DNA from: Octopus bimaculoides
Taxonomy: Eukaryota
Length of the DNA: 64,000 nt
Direction of reading: 5' to 3'
NCBI RefSeq assembly: GCF_001194135.2
Contig: NC_068990.1
Location: forward strand, 33,262,149-33,326,148
Positions 23,091-36,698 of this stretch are shown in pieces; position 1 is the stretch's first letter; the number at the start of each line of letters is the position of its first letter. The notes below the pieces were generated by a model. The model made no database searches. It worked only from the letters and a program-made list of their open reading frames with translations, and was not told the DNA's origin. Made by a program: the position numbers and the translations under genes.

Positions 23091-23304
23091 ACGCACATTG
23101 CACACATATTATATGCGTGTATGAATTAAAAGCTTGACTTATAATTGTAAAAGCACACCTGATCTTTTGAGCTTTCAAATCTGAGTCATGAAACACAATC
23201 ATAGCTTTTAAATAAGGTTTTGTTGTCTTTCTTTTTTCTTTTTTTTTTTCCCTTTCATTGGATGATGAGTGCGACTCCAACACTCTGACTTGTTCAAAAC
23301 TGTT

Positions 23305-23520
23305 AGTGGCTCATCATCATTATCATCACCGTTGCTTAACGTCCTCCTTCTATGCTGGCATGGGTTTGATGGATTGACAGGAGCTGGCCAGGCAGAAGCC
23401 TTCACCATAGTTCTATACCTGTTTTGGTACGGTCTTTACAGCTGGATGTCCTTCCTAATACCAACCACCCCCACAGAGTGGGCTGAGTGCTTTTTACATG
23501 GCAGCAGCACAGGCAAGGTC
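23305..23520 (-). mobile_element. RTE-derived 3' element
   Basis: (CAT)n-TTAACGTCC...ATGCTGGCATGGGTTTG...ACAGCTGGATGTCCTTCCTAATACCAACCAC. Confidence 0.75.
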
Positions 23521-23961
23521 AGTTTTCACAGGGTTTTTTTGTCAGGTATGCAAAAAGTAGAATAGAAAAACTGATTAATATATACATAGGATAGAGTGAA
23601 AGACAAAATAAAAAATATGTATACCACGTGTGTGTGTGTCTGTGTGCTAAAGTATGAAATTAAATAGGGAAATTCGGAACACTGAAACACACACACACAC
23701 ACACACACACAAACACCAATGTTTAATGCAAATATAAAATTCATGTGAAATATATATAAGGATATTCAAACTTTTTGCTTTCTATACCGACATTTTGTTT
23801 TGATATACACAGCAAAATATCTGCTCTGTACACCAAACTGACAGCTTACACTTTATATTGTTTTTGAAGTTCTCATCAGAGTTCAAGAAACTTCAGTCCC
23901 CATGATACTAAGAAAAAAATACATAACACCTGATGGCTACAGAAGAAAATGTTTTTCTTAG

Positions 23962-24060
23962 ATTCCCACAGGGGGCCTAATTTGAATATTGATACGGATC
24001 TGATAACTGTTATGAAATTTAGAAGACAACCAACACAACAGGAGATTAGCACACCAAAGT
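23962..24060 (+). CDS. Candidate internal exon, phase 1-1
   Basis: Acceptor TGTTTTTCTTAG|, donor AGT|GTATGT. 99 nt, open as (D)SHRGPNLNIDTDLITVMKFRRQPTQQEISTPK. No homology recognised. Confidence 0.3.
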
Positions 24061-24406
24061 GTATGTACCTATGTGTTGAAATGCATATATATGATCATGC
24101 TGTGGTAAATAACTCAAAGAATATAATCCAGTATTTCCCTGTGTGATATAAGTATCTAACTAACAGCACTGTTAGTGTATTAGCCTTACATCCTGTACTA
24201 CTGGAGTTTTAATAATGAAATGATTTATTAATTTTCTGAATGAACAACAATATGCAAATTAGCTCCCTCTGTGTTTTAAGACATATCTTCTATATAGTTG
24301 TAAGCTCTTTCTTCTTGGTATCATGTCAGGGAAGTCGAAGAATTCTGAGAAAAACTTAAAACATTCATTTGGTCCAACCCAAGTTAGCATGGAAAATGAC
24401 CATTAA

Positions 24407-24627
24407 CCCATTTGATACTGACCTGCCTTAAACCCCTTTGGGTTTATAGTACAAATGTCTTATTTTCATAAGTTTTGAATAAAAATCTTCCACAAAACCT
24501 TAGTCACAATTTATGTTCATATCACTAGCTTAATGATAATTAAGTTATTTTACTAAATTCTTTGTTATATTTAAAACTAATTGAAACAAACACAGAGCAT
24601 CTCAGTAGGAATATGCTAACAAAAGGG
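24407..24627. mobile_element. piggyBac-type MITE
   Basis: TTAA|CCCATTTGATA ... TAACAAAAGGG|TTAG: imperfect TIR and decayed TTAA TSD. Confidence 0.65.
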
Positions 24628-24628
24628 T

Positions 24629-24693
24629 TAGAAGAAGAAGAAGAAGAAGAAGAAGAAGAAGAAGAAGAAGAAGAAGAAGAAGAAGAAGAAGAA
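24629..24693. repeat. (GAA)n microsatellite
   Basis: Pure GAA run. Confidence 0.97.
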
Positions 24694-24799
24694 GCAGCAG
24701 CGATGCACTAAGTTTATGGCACTTACTATGCTGCCAAAATTTAGAGTATATTCCATGAAACATGACATGTTTCTGAAACTATCAACAACAATAACAACA

Positions 24800-25015
24800 A
24801 TCCTTTCAACTAGTGGTACAAAGCCTGGAATTTTGAGAGTAGGGTGCCAGTCAATTGCACCAACCCCATTGCTTGACTGGTTCTCATTTTATTGACCCTC
24901 AAATGGATGAAATGTAAAGTCAAACTTGATAGAATTTGAACTCAGAACTTAAGGCAAGAAGAAATGTTGCTAAGCATTTTGCCTGGCATGCTAATTAGTC
25001 TGTCAGCTCACTGCC
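24800..25015 (-). mobile_element. SINE family C, decayed
   Basis: ...ATTTTATTGACCC...GATGAAATGTAAAGTCAAAC...GAATTTGAACTCAGAAC...CTGTCAGCTCACTGCC. Confidence 0.75.
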
Positions 25016-25052
25016 TTAATATTAACAATAATAATGATATTAATGGTGATTG

Positions 25053-25720
25053 TTACCTCCGCCAAGGAAGGAGGTTATGTTTTCATCGGCATTGGTTTGT
25101 CCGTCTGTCCGCAAAATAACTCAAAAAGTTGTGAACGGTATTTGATGAAACTTGCAAGAAAAGTTGGCAATGACACAAGAAACAGGGGACGAAATTTTGG
25201 TAGTGATCCGTGAATTTTTACGGATTCTTGAAGGATTTTTCATTTGTTATATTTACTTTACATGAACTATTACAATGTTATGTTCTTTGATTATCTCCCC
25301 TGAAAACACGTTCATCGTTTCCACTTAACCTATGGTGGCATTGCTCTTTCCAAAGTTTATTTTCGTTTCTCTATCAGTAATTTTACTTGCGTATCTATCT
25401 TAAAATGAGCTGCTTGGTGGAGGTCTGCAGAGGATGACATGACAAGCCTTGACTATTGGGATCGACTGAAAAATCTCACCACCACTGGGAAACTAGCTTG
25501 CTGTTGTCATTAATGTATTATAACTGCTTCAGATGATTCCTGTTTTTAAAGGGTTATTTTTTTAAAATCATATAGCTGTGTTATTTTTTTTAACCCCGCC
25601 AAGGAGGTTATGTTTTTGCTGGCGTTGGTTTGGGAAATTGGGTGATTTTCAGCATGCGTGTATATGGGTGGAAATGAGCTGCTTGGCGGAGGTCTGCACT
25701 CTCCGAGTGCTTTTCTAGTT
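25053..25720 (+). mobile_element. Two adjacent non-autonomous Helentron-like (HINE-type) elements
   Basis: Subterminal inverted repeats ACCTCCGCCAAG (25055) / CTTGGTGGAGGT (25413) and CCCCGCCAAG (25594) / CTTGGCGGAGGT (25682). 3' hairpin GCACTC-TCC-GAGTGC (25696-25710), then TTTTCTAGTT. Confidence 0.7.
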
Positions 25721-25747
25721 TGCACTGTGTCTGCTGACTAACAGTTG

Positions 25748-26067
25748 AGACCCCATTCAGTCATGGATTGCACCTAGAAAGTTACCCTCTTGGGCACAAG
25801 GCCGGGCAAGGTTGTTTATGGAAGATCAGCAGTCGCCCATGTATACCGGCCTCCCCTCTCTACGCCACCAGTGTTATCCAAGGGGAGGGCAAAGGCCGAT
25901 ACAGCTTGGCACCTGTGACGTCATAACTCATTTCTACAGCTGAGTGAACTGGAGCAACATGAAATAAAGTGTCTTGCTCAAGAACACAACATGCAGCCCA
26001 GTCCAGGATTCGAACTCACAACCTCACGATCATAAGCTCGATGCTCTAACCACTGAGCCATGCACCT
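25748..26067 (-). mobile_element. SINE family B3, full length
   Basis: Reverse complement: AGGTGCATGGCTCAGTGGTTAGAGC...GAGTTCGAATCC...TTGAGCAAGACAC...CTTCCATAAACAACCTTGCCCGG...TTTCTAGGTGCAATCC. Confidence 0.9.
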
Positions 26068-26567
26068 AACAGAGTACAGATCAAATTAACATCAGATAGA
26101 TTCAGCCTCTCCTCCACACATAAAAAGTGACAAACAATACAAATGAAAACTACTTTATCCTTCAGCCAAAGGTTAACAGGGTTGAGTGTAACTTGTATCT
26201 GATGTACAATAAACATGAAAAATGGACTGTGCAAAATTCTACTAAACTAGAAACAGAAAGCAGTACATGATGCAAATGATAATTTAGATACAGAATGGAA
26301 CTGTACTCCTTAATTCTTACAAATGGAATCGAAAAGGCATAAGTGAACATGACAGGAATATGTTTACAAATTCCATGAATATTTTACACTCAGCTTGGAC
26401 AAAATTTGGAGAGAAATTATACTTTGGATCACAACTGACTGGCTTATTTAATGAAGACACATACTCATAAAGAAGCAAGTGCCACATATAGAAAACAAAA
26501 TTATCTCAGAGAGCATACACATAGTATAATGTGTGCTGAATGTAAGCTGTTAAAATATACAGTATAT

Positions 26568-26743
26568 AGGCGCAGGTATGGCTGTGTGGTAAAAAGGTTG
26601 CTCCTCAACCACATGGTTCTGTGATCTGTCCCACTGTGGGGAACCTTGGGCAAGTGTCTTCTACTATAGCCTCAGGCCAACCAAAGCCTTGTGAGTGGAT
26701 TTGGTAGGTGGAAACTGAAAGAAGCCCATTGTGTATGTAAGTG

Positions 26744-26819
<76 letters not shown>

Positions 26820-27045
26820 AATCTATGTGTGCGGGTCTTTGTGTCTGTGTTTATCTTCCCACAATTGCTTGACAATAGAAGTTGGTGTGCTTACATCCCT
26901 GTAACTTAGCGGTTCAGCAAAAAGGACTGATAGAGTAAGTACTAGGCTTACAAAGAATAAGTCCTGGGTCGATTTCTGTGACTAAAACACTTTAAGGTGC
27001 TGGTCAAATGACTGAAACATGTAAAAAAGTAAAAGAATTAAAGAA
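26568..27045 (+). mobile_element. SINE family A, full length with internal (TA)(TG)n
   Basis: AGGCGCAGGTATGGCTGTGTGG...CCTTGGGCAAGTGTCTTCTACTATAGCC...GAAACTGAAAGAAGCCC-(TA/TG)n-...AATGACTGAAAC. Confidence 0.9.
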
Positions 27046-27699
27046 TACTTTTATATAAGTCCACTCCGCTTTGTGTTTATAATATTTTAGCTTCAGCCCT
27101 TGACTTTCACATAAGTTCCACGTTGGTTTTCATGAATACTGTTTGCAATTTTGCCTGCAGTTGCATTTAAATAAACACATTTAACTGAAATAATCTCTAT
27201 TATTGCTGAGAGCATTCTGAAAATGTAACAATGTATTTCTATGATTTATGCTTGGAACAAACAGACCAATCTGCACTTCTAAATCACCAGTCCTAATTGA
27301 CTGATAATATATGCAGCATCTAATGTGAATTAGAATTAGAACTAGCTGACAGAAAACCGTGTATATATATAAATGTTCCACACACTCAAGAAGGTGTGTG
27401 CATATATATTCATGAGAGTGGATCAACCTAGGTATGTTTATTTTGTAGCAGAATCCTGCTCAAGCATTCATGTTTTATTCATGCATGACTTCATCAATGT
27501 ATATAACAATGTCAATATTCATATAGGCAGAGGAGTGATACAACCAAACTATCGTACACATTCAGTCATTTGGTGTATGCCTGTGCATGTACATGTGGCA
27601 CAGTGAATTTCGAGCCCTGAGTAAGGTTTAGAAGACAATTTATATGCAAGTGTTCTTATGTATTTGGTAGTGACTTATCTCTCATTACACACAGTAGTT

Positions 27700-30330
27700 A
27701 ATGAATAAAAATGGAAAATGAATTAAAAACCTTGATTGCCAAAAGAAAATTTGGCATATCAAAACTAAACTTGATCAATACAAACACAAATATAAACGAA
27801 AAGGAATATGAGAAAAGTTGAAGAATGGATAATTCTAAAGCTAGAAATTATGACAGCGATCTAAATGTGTAAATAGTTAAGGAATTAGAATAATTAGTAA
27901 ATCTTCCTTAGGACCAAGGAGAGATAAAATAGCAACAATAATTAAACGTGTAAACTTAGCTCACACAGTTTTCATATACATTGCTGCACTTCACAGAAGG
28001 GAAACATATTTCATATCACTAAGATAAAGCAAACAATGTATGTGTTAGATGACGCAGCAGTTACAAAGGGAAGTTGGTGCTATCTCAGATCTTCTCATGT
28101 AGGAATATCAAAATACAACCAAAAAATATATAAAATATACAGTAAGAAGATAATAAATAAATAAAACGATTTAGATTCTTGAATCTAAATTAAATCAATA
28201 ACAAAAAGACACAACTGACAAAAATTTCTTTTTAATAAAAAAGAGACAAATACCATAGAAATACAGCTAAACAAATAAAGTAAAAATATATAAAACCAAA
28301 GAATGCCTGAAACAAAAGATCCTCGTTAATCACAAAGAATTTGTTGGTATGAAAAGCAACAACAATTGTTTGAACAAAACAGTTTGACTTTAATTTTTTT
28401 CTTGTTCTTCATAAAATTGTTTTAGGTTAAATAGATATCAATGTAGCACCAGCAGCAAAAGAAGTAGAATAATTCTGGGGAGAAGTATTGTGGACAGCAA
28501 AAGATTGACAATGAAGACTATTCAAAACAACAAACAGCAGTTGCGGGAGACATTGTCAACTCAAGTAATAGCAAAGATATGATAAAAAGTAATCAGCTGG
28601 AAGGTAGTAGGAAATGATAAAATCCCAAACTTTCAGCTACAATACTTAACAAAGAAATATTCCAACAAAAACAATCAGTAACATGCTAAAATAACTAGAA
28701 AAATATCTGACTGGCTCACTGAGGGGAAACTGACTTAATCTCCAAGGATAAAGAAACAGCAAACTCTAAAATGTGCTTCTCTTCAAACATCTTATACAAC
28801 CTTACCTTAGATTAAAGTATAGGCAACTAGAAACACTACTACATAAAGTACACAGTAACACTGCTACAAGTAGTTTTACTAGAGGAACTAATATATAATT
28901 TAGGTTGGTAAAATAAAGAAAAAGTAAGAATTTTGAATAGGGAAAAATTGAGAAAACTAACATCATGTTACATACAGAAACAAAGATAAAACTTAACATT
29001 TAATGAACTGCAGAGAACACAAAACACAGAAATGAAAGTACAGGCTAAGAAGGGGTAATCCAGATACGTTGGATTAATACTTAAAGTAGATGTAAATGCA
29101 CAAAATATAAGCTGATAGGCATCAATACCATAGCTTGTCTTGTAATGATTTATAATTACATTATTTTAAGCTAGATACTGAATAAATTAACAAGACTAAA
29201 CAGAGAACCCACCTACCACCCCTGAATAATAACTATATTTAGAATGCATCACCTAAATTTTGAAACAGGAAGATTATGTTTACCTTAAATACAGGAAGGT
29301 ATGGCTTTCTGTATGTTGAAAACTTTTGGAACTCATCTGATATGTAACTACAGAAACCTCTAGTGTAGAATAATAGAAACCTAATACAAATAACTACAAA
29401 ATGTGTTGGTTCTTCTTTGTTAGTTATGAAGACAAGGGACAACCAACAACAGAAATTGTAAAAAAAGGTATAAATTAAGCTAAAGTTAGTGTTCTAAAAC
29501 CTCACACTAAAACAATGGTGACAAAATCCACTCCTGCATGCCTAATATCATAAAATAAAATAAACAAATATGGTGCTAATAGATGAATAAAAGTCATATC
29601 ATAGGTCAGGATATGCAGGACTCAAAGCTGAAACTGAAAAAATTGTTAGACCCTGCTTCACAGCAGAAGTCACCGAAAGATCAATGCCTGACTACAAGCA
29701 ACTATAAAAGCAAAACAATGAAAACAGACCCTAACACCAAATGCAGAATGTACAACCAGCACAATGAGACAGTTGACCACATCTCTGGCTGTCCAGTCCT
29801 TGCCAAATCTGAATATACATACAGACATGACTGAGTAAGTAATTATATCCATTGAACCATGTGTGGACACTACAACATAAAAATTAACAATAAACGGTAT
29901 AAACATGTGCCAAACAAGGTACATAACAACGACCAAGTGACAAGCATCTGGGACATGCCTGTTCAACTTGACAAAGAAATAAAAGCAATCTCACACACAT
30001 AATAATCAAGGATCGGAAAAAAAAAAAAACATCAGCTTACTGATAGACATTGCTGTCCCTTCTGACCAAAATATTGTCCAAAAATAAGTGGTGAAATTGT
30101 TGAAGTATAAAGACCTTGAAATTGAAGTATTCAAGATGTGGGGCATGAAGGTGAAAACAATACCAGAAATAACTGGAACAGTGGGCATGATAAAAATGCA
30201 TATGAAAAAATGTGTAGAAGCTATGCCTGCCCCTCAATATTACACACTCCAAAAAAATAGTCCTGCTAAGAACAGCCCACATCCTATGCAAGACACTATC
30301 AATTCAGTAATACAACCCAGACAAAACAAT
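27700..30330 (+). mobile_element. Long decayed Dong/R4-clade LINE (RT N-terminal motifs, zinc knuckle, RLE)
   Basis: Remnants APAAKEVE*FWGEVLW (~28446), SWKVVGNDKIPNF (~28595), DWLTEGK (~28709), KCRMYNQHNETVDHISGCPVLAKSEYTYRHD (ORF 29583), LLIDIAVPSDQN and LLKYKDLEIEVFKMWGMKVKTIP (ORF 30088). Many stops and frameshifts. Confidence 0.85.
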
Positions 30331-30589
30331 CTACAAATATAGACATGCTCTCTATAGCAAATATCCAATAAAATAAACAATCTCCAGTAGGCTATTTACC
30401 CAATAGAAGAACACAATTCACATTACACAAACAACACACGTTACAAACACTAATACAACAAAAGACTGCAACAGACCTCATAATAAAAGAAACTGATGCA
30501 ATACAACACCAGGAAGAGATTGTACTCACCTAACAACAAAAAAGAACACAATGCCACACACATCCTAGCAAATTTACACACAAGGCCTC

Positions 30590-30770
30590 CGGTTTTGAGA
30601 GGAGGGCATAAGTTGATATCATTAGCCCCTGCACTTAAATTGGTACTTTATTTTACTGATCTCCTCAAAAAAGAAAGAAGACAAAGTTGAATTAAGTGGG
30701 ATTTGAACTCAGAAAAAAAAGTGCCAGAACAAATACCACAAGGCATTTATTCTGGCATGCAGCATATATA
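30590..30770 (-). mobile_element. SINE family C, decayed
   Basis: CACAAGGCCTCC...TGGTACTTTATTTTACTGATC...AAAGTTGAA...GATTTGAACTCAG. Confidence 0.6.
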
Positions 30771-30921
30771 TGGAATTGTTGAAGAAGGGAAATGCACGGT
30801 TACTATACTGAACACCAGATTATTACTGGTACTACTAGTATGATCAATTTCAAAACATGAGAAGGCAGCTCAAACCAAACTGGATAAGAACTCAAATAAA
30901 TAAGTTAACTTAATCGGTTAT

Positions 30922-31448
30922 CTTTTATTTTTAGCTTGTTTCAGTCAGTGATAACTGCAGCCATGCTGGGGAACCACCTTGAACAATTTTAGTCAAATAC
31001 CTTGGCCCCAGTACGTATTTTATTTTCTAAACCTGGTACATTTTCTATTGGTCTCCTTTGCCAAACTGCTAAGTTACGGGGACATGGACACACCAACATC
31101 AGTTCTCAGGTGGTGATAGGAGACAAACACAGACACAGAGACTCACGCAAAGATATATGTATGTATGTATGTATCACACACACACACACAAGCACACACA
31201 TACACACACACACACACACAAAAACATACATACACAAATAAACAAACTCAAATACACATGCGCATACACACACACACACACACACACACAAGATGGGCTT
31301 CTTTCACTTTCTGTGTACCAAATTCACTCACAAAGGCTTTGATTGGCCTGAAGCTATTGTAGAAAACACTTGCCCAAGGTGCATTGCAGTGGGATTGAAC
31401 CCAGAATCATGAAGTTGGGAAGCAAACTTCTTACCACACAATGTACAC
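30922..31448 (-). mobile_element. SINE family A, full length with internal (CA)n
   Basis: Tail TTGTTTCAGTCA...CCATGCTGG, CA tract at about 31150-31290, GATGGGCTTCTTTCAC...TTGCCCAAGGTGC...GGGATTGAACCC. Confidence 0.85.
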
Positions 31449-31859
31449 CACCTTTGATATTAATGACGGCGGGGATGGTAGAAGCCATGGTGGAGATGGT
31501 GGTAGCGGTTTTGGTGTTGATGAAAATGGTTGAAGGTGATGGTGGTGGTGGTGGTGGTGTTTGCTGTAGTGTTTTCTCATGAAGGTGGTGGTGATGGTGG
31601 AAGACGATGGTAATAACAAAAGTAATGTCATGGAAAGAAATAAAGAATTATTAGAATAAAAAAAAAATGTAGAAAGGTAGAGAGGTGAAGGTGGAGTGGA
31701 GAGGATGAGGTAGGGGCAGAGGAATTATTTCTTGAATGAGTGAAATGTAAGGTGAGGACAGGAGGAAATTGGATATGTGAGAACTGTAGATATATGTTGT
31801 CAGTGAAAATGATATATAGATATATGCGCGTGTGTGTATGGGGGTGTATGTAAATATAC

Positions 31860-32390
<531 letters not shown>

Positions 32391-32576
32391 ATGAATATGT
32401 ACAGAGAGAGAAAGAGATTGAGGAGGAGGAAGTGAGCGAGAGTTACGTGAGGAAATGGTGAATAAAAAAGATATAAATGAATTAAATATTTAAATAAAAT
32501 ACATCTTTCTTTTAATATGTGTTTCCTGTGTATTGTCTGATTTAGGTGGAGAAATAGTGATAAGAATTTATACATA

Positions 32577-32607
<31 letters not shown>

Positions 32608-35600
32608 CTTTCTCTGTGTGTGTGTGCTTGTGTGTGTGTGTGATAGTGTGCGTGTGTGTGTGTGTCTTCAGAACACATACAAATATAGGTGTGCGCCACA
32701 AAGGCACATATGTACACAATGCTATATGCAGAGAGGTTGAGGAAAGACTAAGAGAGAGAGAGAGAGAGAGAGTGAGAGTGACTGGTACAAGAGAGTGGCA
32801 TGTAACATGATGATTATAACGAAGATGATGATGATGATAATGATTATCATGATGGGGATGGGGATGGTGTTATCAGTGAAAATAATATATATTTATTAAA
32901 TTTCAACATATAGACAGTTTGAATTGACAAGGTATATTAATATAGTCACACATACACATATATACATACACATATTTACATATGTATAAATATAACTGCA
33001 CAAGCTTACATATACATTTGCACACACACATAGATGCATCTGCTAACCAAATATCCAAGGATCTATCTATCTATCTATCTATCTGTCTGTCTCTCAATTT
33101 ATTTATCTATCTATCTTTCTAATTATCTATCTATCTATTTATCAATCTATCTACCTACACCCTACCTACTTATCTAGCTACCCACTCAACTCCCCAAAAC
33201 TATTGTCTATCTATCCATCCACACATCAATCTATTAAACTATCTCAGGTAAAGAAAATCAGACACAAAATTGAAAATATTTTGATTTAAAATCAAATTTG
33301 TAGATAGTTTTGAAACATCGTGTGGTGAGTGTGTATAAGTTTTGTGTGAAGGGGGGGGGGATGAAGGAGAAAGAAGGAGGCGGAGTGGGTGGGAGAAAAA
33401 GACATTCTGATTTATTTATTTATTTATTGCTAAATTGTGTTAAGAAATAGATTTTTGTTTCAAGTTAAATGATGCATTACATCAAAGGCTGCTATATTGA
33501 CAAACATCTCTGTATTCAATATGTTATACTGCTCTGTATTCTATACTTTCACACAACAACAACAACAACAACTAAAATAACAGATTTAGTAACTTCATAT
33601 AAGTGTGGCCTTTTCCTAGTTGTTGTTTTTCTGAGGGTGGAGTGTGTGTGTGTGTGTGTATTACTTTGTCATTGTTTATATTGTTATATTGTAGAAATCT
33701 TGGTTTGTACATTTATTTGCTATTATTTCTTTCCTTTAATATCGGAACTGCCATTCTCGATAATGTGTTATTCCAGCCTGAGCAATGCTGGTGGCAATAA
33801 AAGCCAGCAAACTTATAAAATAACACTTAAATATTCTGCTGTAGTTACCGGCAGTTTTGCAATCTAAGAAGCGTCCCTGAAGTATATGCAGTGAATATCT
33901 TTAGCAGTTGCTGAAGTTTAGACAAACTTTTCTCATTGAGCAACATTTTAACAAAATTCTCGTGAGCATAGAACAACACAAAAATAGTCCCAAAACATAT
34001 ACAAGATTAAATATACATATATATAGACACACATTTATATGCACTTGTACATCTCTCTCTCCCTTTCTTTATATATATATATATATTTGTAACTGAAGTG
34101 ATTCATTTATATGTGTGTGTATGTATAATACAACCCCATGTAATAAAGTAAAAACAGAACAATGGAAAATGAAAGGAAATATCATAAATGGATTTTACAT
34201 CTCAATAACTACTAAATCTATTACGAAATACTTCCCTTGATTAGTGTATATATATATACCACAGATTTGATGTATAGACACCTGAAAGTTAGGGTTTTGA
34301 GAGTTAACATTCTTAGAGAATATAGACATGACATTTTTTTGTTTTGTATTTCTCTCTCTCCAATATTTGAATATTGGTCACTCTCTCCCTCGCTTGCTCT
34401 CTCTCTCCCTGTCTTCCTCTCTCTCGCTTCTCATCTCTCATTATTGCTTTATCTTGTAGACCGACCTTTATTCAAAACATGTAACCTATCTATATGGAAT
34501 ATGTATCATGATCTGCTTTATTCAGCATTATTGCCCATAACTGAGGTTGCACTGGTGGTGGTGGTGGTGGTGACACAATTTATATATTGCTACTTGATAT
34601 GTTTCAATTATCACAATGAATATTTATGCTGATAAAATATATAAACATTAAAAATGTATGTTTATGAAATATATAGCATTCTTGGTATTGATGAAATAAG
34701 AGAAGAGTGAAAAGATGTTACTTTAACTGGTACAAATCTCTCTCTCTCTCTCACCTTCTCTTTTTCTCTCTTTCTCACTCTCTTTGTAAGATTATAAGCA
34801 AGATGATATAAATGATTTCCTCCATAATTTACTCTAAGCAAGCAGGGCTACCATCAAAGACATCCAATCCATAAACATCTCTGTCACATAACACACACAA
34901 AACAACATTTTCCAGTGTGTCTTCCCTTTAGTTAATATGTCAAGGTGTAGTTTGAGAGAAATTTTGCTGCTATTTCTAGCGAGACCAATAACCATGTATA
35001 GTCCACTTGCATTGAACTTGAGGAACAAATGTTATGAAGACATGGAAAATGATGTGAATGATGAACAACAGTGAAATATGAGAGAAGGGAATGTTGGATA
35101 AGAAATATGCAATGTAAAAACAGGTGAATGTGAATTATATGAGCTGGAGACACTTTGTAAATGAAATACAAGATGTAGTAAGTTGTGTGTGAAATATGAG
35201 CTGCAGAGACTGTTGGATGTGAAATATAACAGGTAAAAACTGCTGCATATGAAATATCTATATTTTCCTTTTAATGTCCACTTTTCTAGGCTTTTTTTAT
35301 GAGTCAGGTGGAGTTTACTGAGGCAGATTATCTACAACCGGATGCCCCTCCTGTCACAGACCATTATTTGTTATCAATCAAAGTAATATATAGATATTTA
35401 TTCTGGGTTGTTATTTTAAAATAATTTTAAGGGTAACAACAGAATATTTAATGGTAGAGGGAGAGATATGACACTAAAATTAGAATCAGATTTGTAAAAA
35501 TTATTTTGATCTAAGGACTCTTAATGGGTTGGCCAACAAGTATCTCCCTCTCTCTTTCTTTCTCTCTCTCTCTCTGGTTAAATGGGTAAGTCATTAGGTG

Positions 35601-35647
35601 AAACTTGAAATCTTAGTCAAAACTAATCCTTTTACACACACACACAA

Positions 35648-35780
35648 ATTGCCGAGGTTGACTTTGCCTTTCATCCTTTTGGTGTCGATTAAATAAGTAC
35701 CAGTTATGGACTGGGTCGATATAATCGACTTAATCCGTTTGTCCCCTCTGTGTTTAGCCCCTTGTGGGTAATAAAGAAAT
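35648..35780 (+). mobile_element. SINE family C, 5'-truncated
   Basis: GCCGAGGTTGACTTTGCCTTTCATCCTTTTGGTGTCGATTAAATAAGTACCAG...GTGGGTAATAAAGAAATA. Confidence 0.85.
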
Positions 35781-36419
35781 AACACAGACACACACACACA
35801 CAGACACACACACACAACAAACTCACTCATTCACACACGATTTGTCCAAAGGCTATATTTTCACTACCAGACTAAATATATATTTATTAAACACATTGTA
35901 AACAACTTCCAGCCACATATTTATTCATAAACCCAACTGGATTAATGTCAATGTCTGCAGTTATTAATGTCTAGCTGTCAATTTATAAATTTCATTTGGT
36001 TTGTCATAATTTTGCTTATATACACTCCTTATAAGGAGTTGTATTCTTCTTAATCCAGGCAGTTAGTAAGGAGAGGTAAAGGAGTAGTGATGAGGTTTTA
36101 ATGGAAGACGAAATTTGTCATTTCTATATTCTCTTCTGGCTATAGTAGATCCAGTGGACAATCCACAGAATCTACTGTGATGACTCTACATATTTGCTTA
36201 TTGAATATATTGCACATGACTATTGTATGCATATTTATTCATAACCATGAAGGCTCGTGGCTACGTGGTTAGAGCAGTATTTCTCAACCTTTTTTACCCT
36301 TGTGTAACCCTTAAAACAAATTACATGTCTCAAGGAACCCCTACACATAAAAAAAAAAATTATATACCATATCCTTCTCGTATATTTTTCATTGTTATTC
36401 ATGTAGAAAATATCATATA

Positions 36420-36611
36420 TATGCATGCCATGATAGATCACTAGCCACTACACATTCTTTATTTTCTCTCCCTGTTTCTTTCTGTGTTCCTTTCTGTGGA
36501 AGAGCGTAGGCTTGAAATGTTAAAGACTTTCTCACTTCCTGAGCATTAAACTAATACATCTATTTGTTGTCTACACCACCTGTCCTTGTCTTTTGTTTTT
36601 TAGTGAATTCT

Positions 36612-36615
<4 letters not shown>
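36420..36615 (+). mobile_element. Penelope-like pseudo-LTR fragment nested in the hAT MITE, ending in (TA)n
   Basis: Contains a hammerhead-like motif at 36490-36525 and ends ...GAATTCTCCC-(TA)n. Confidence 0.5.
36490..36525 (+). ncRNA. Decayed minimal hammerhead-like motif with variant core
   Basis: CTTT-CTGTGGA-A-GAGC-GTAG-GCTT-GAAA-TGT-T-AAAG. Helix I CTTT/AAAG, helix II GAGC/GCTT. Core has T where A6 is conserved. Two changes look like CpG decay of GCTC and ACGT. Confidence 0.45.
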
Positions 36616-36650
<35 letters not shown>

Positions 36651-36660
36651 NNNNNNNNNN

Positions 36661-36698
<38 letters not shown>

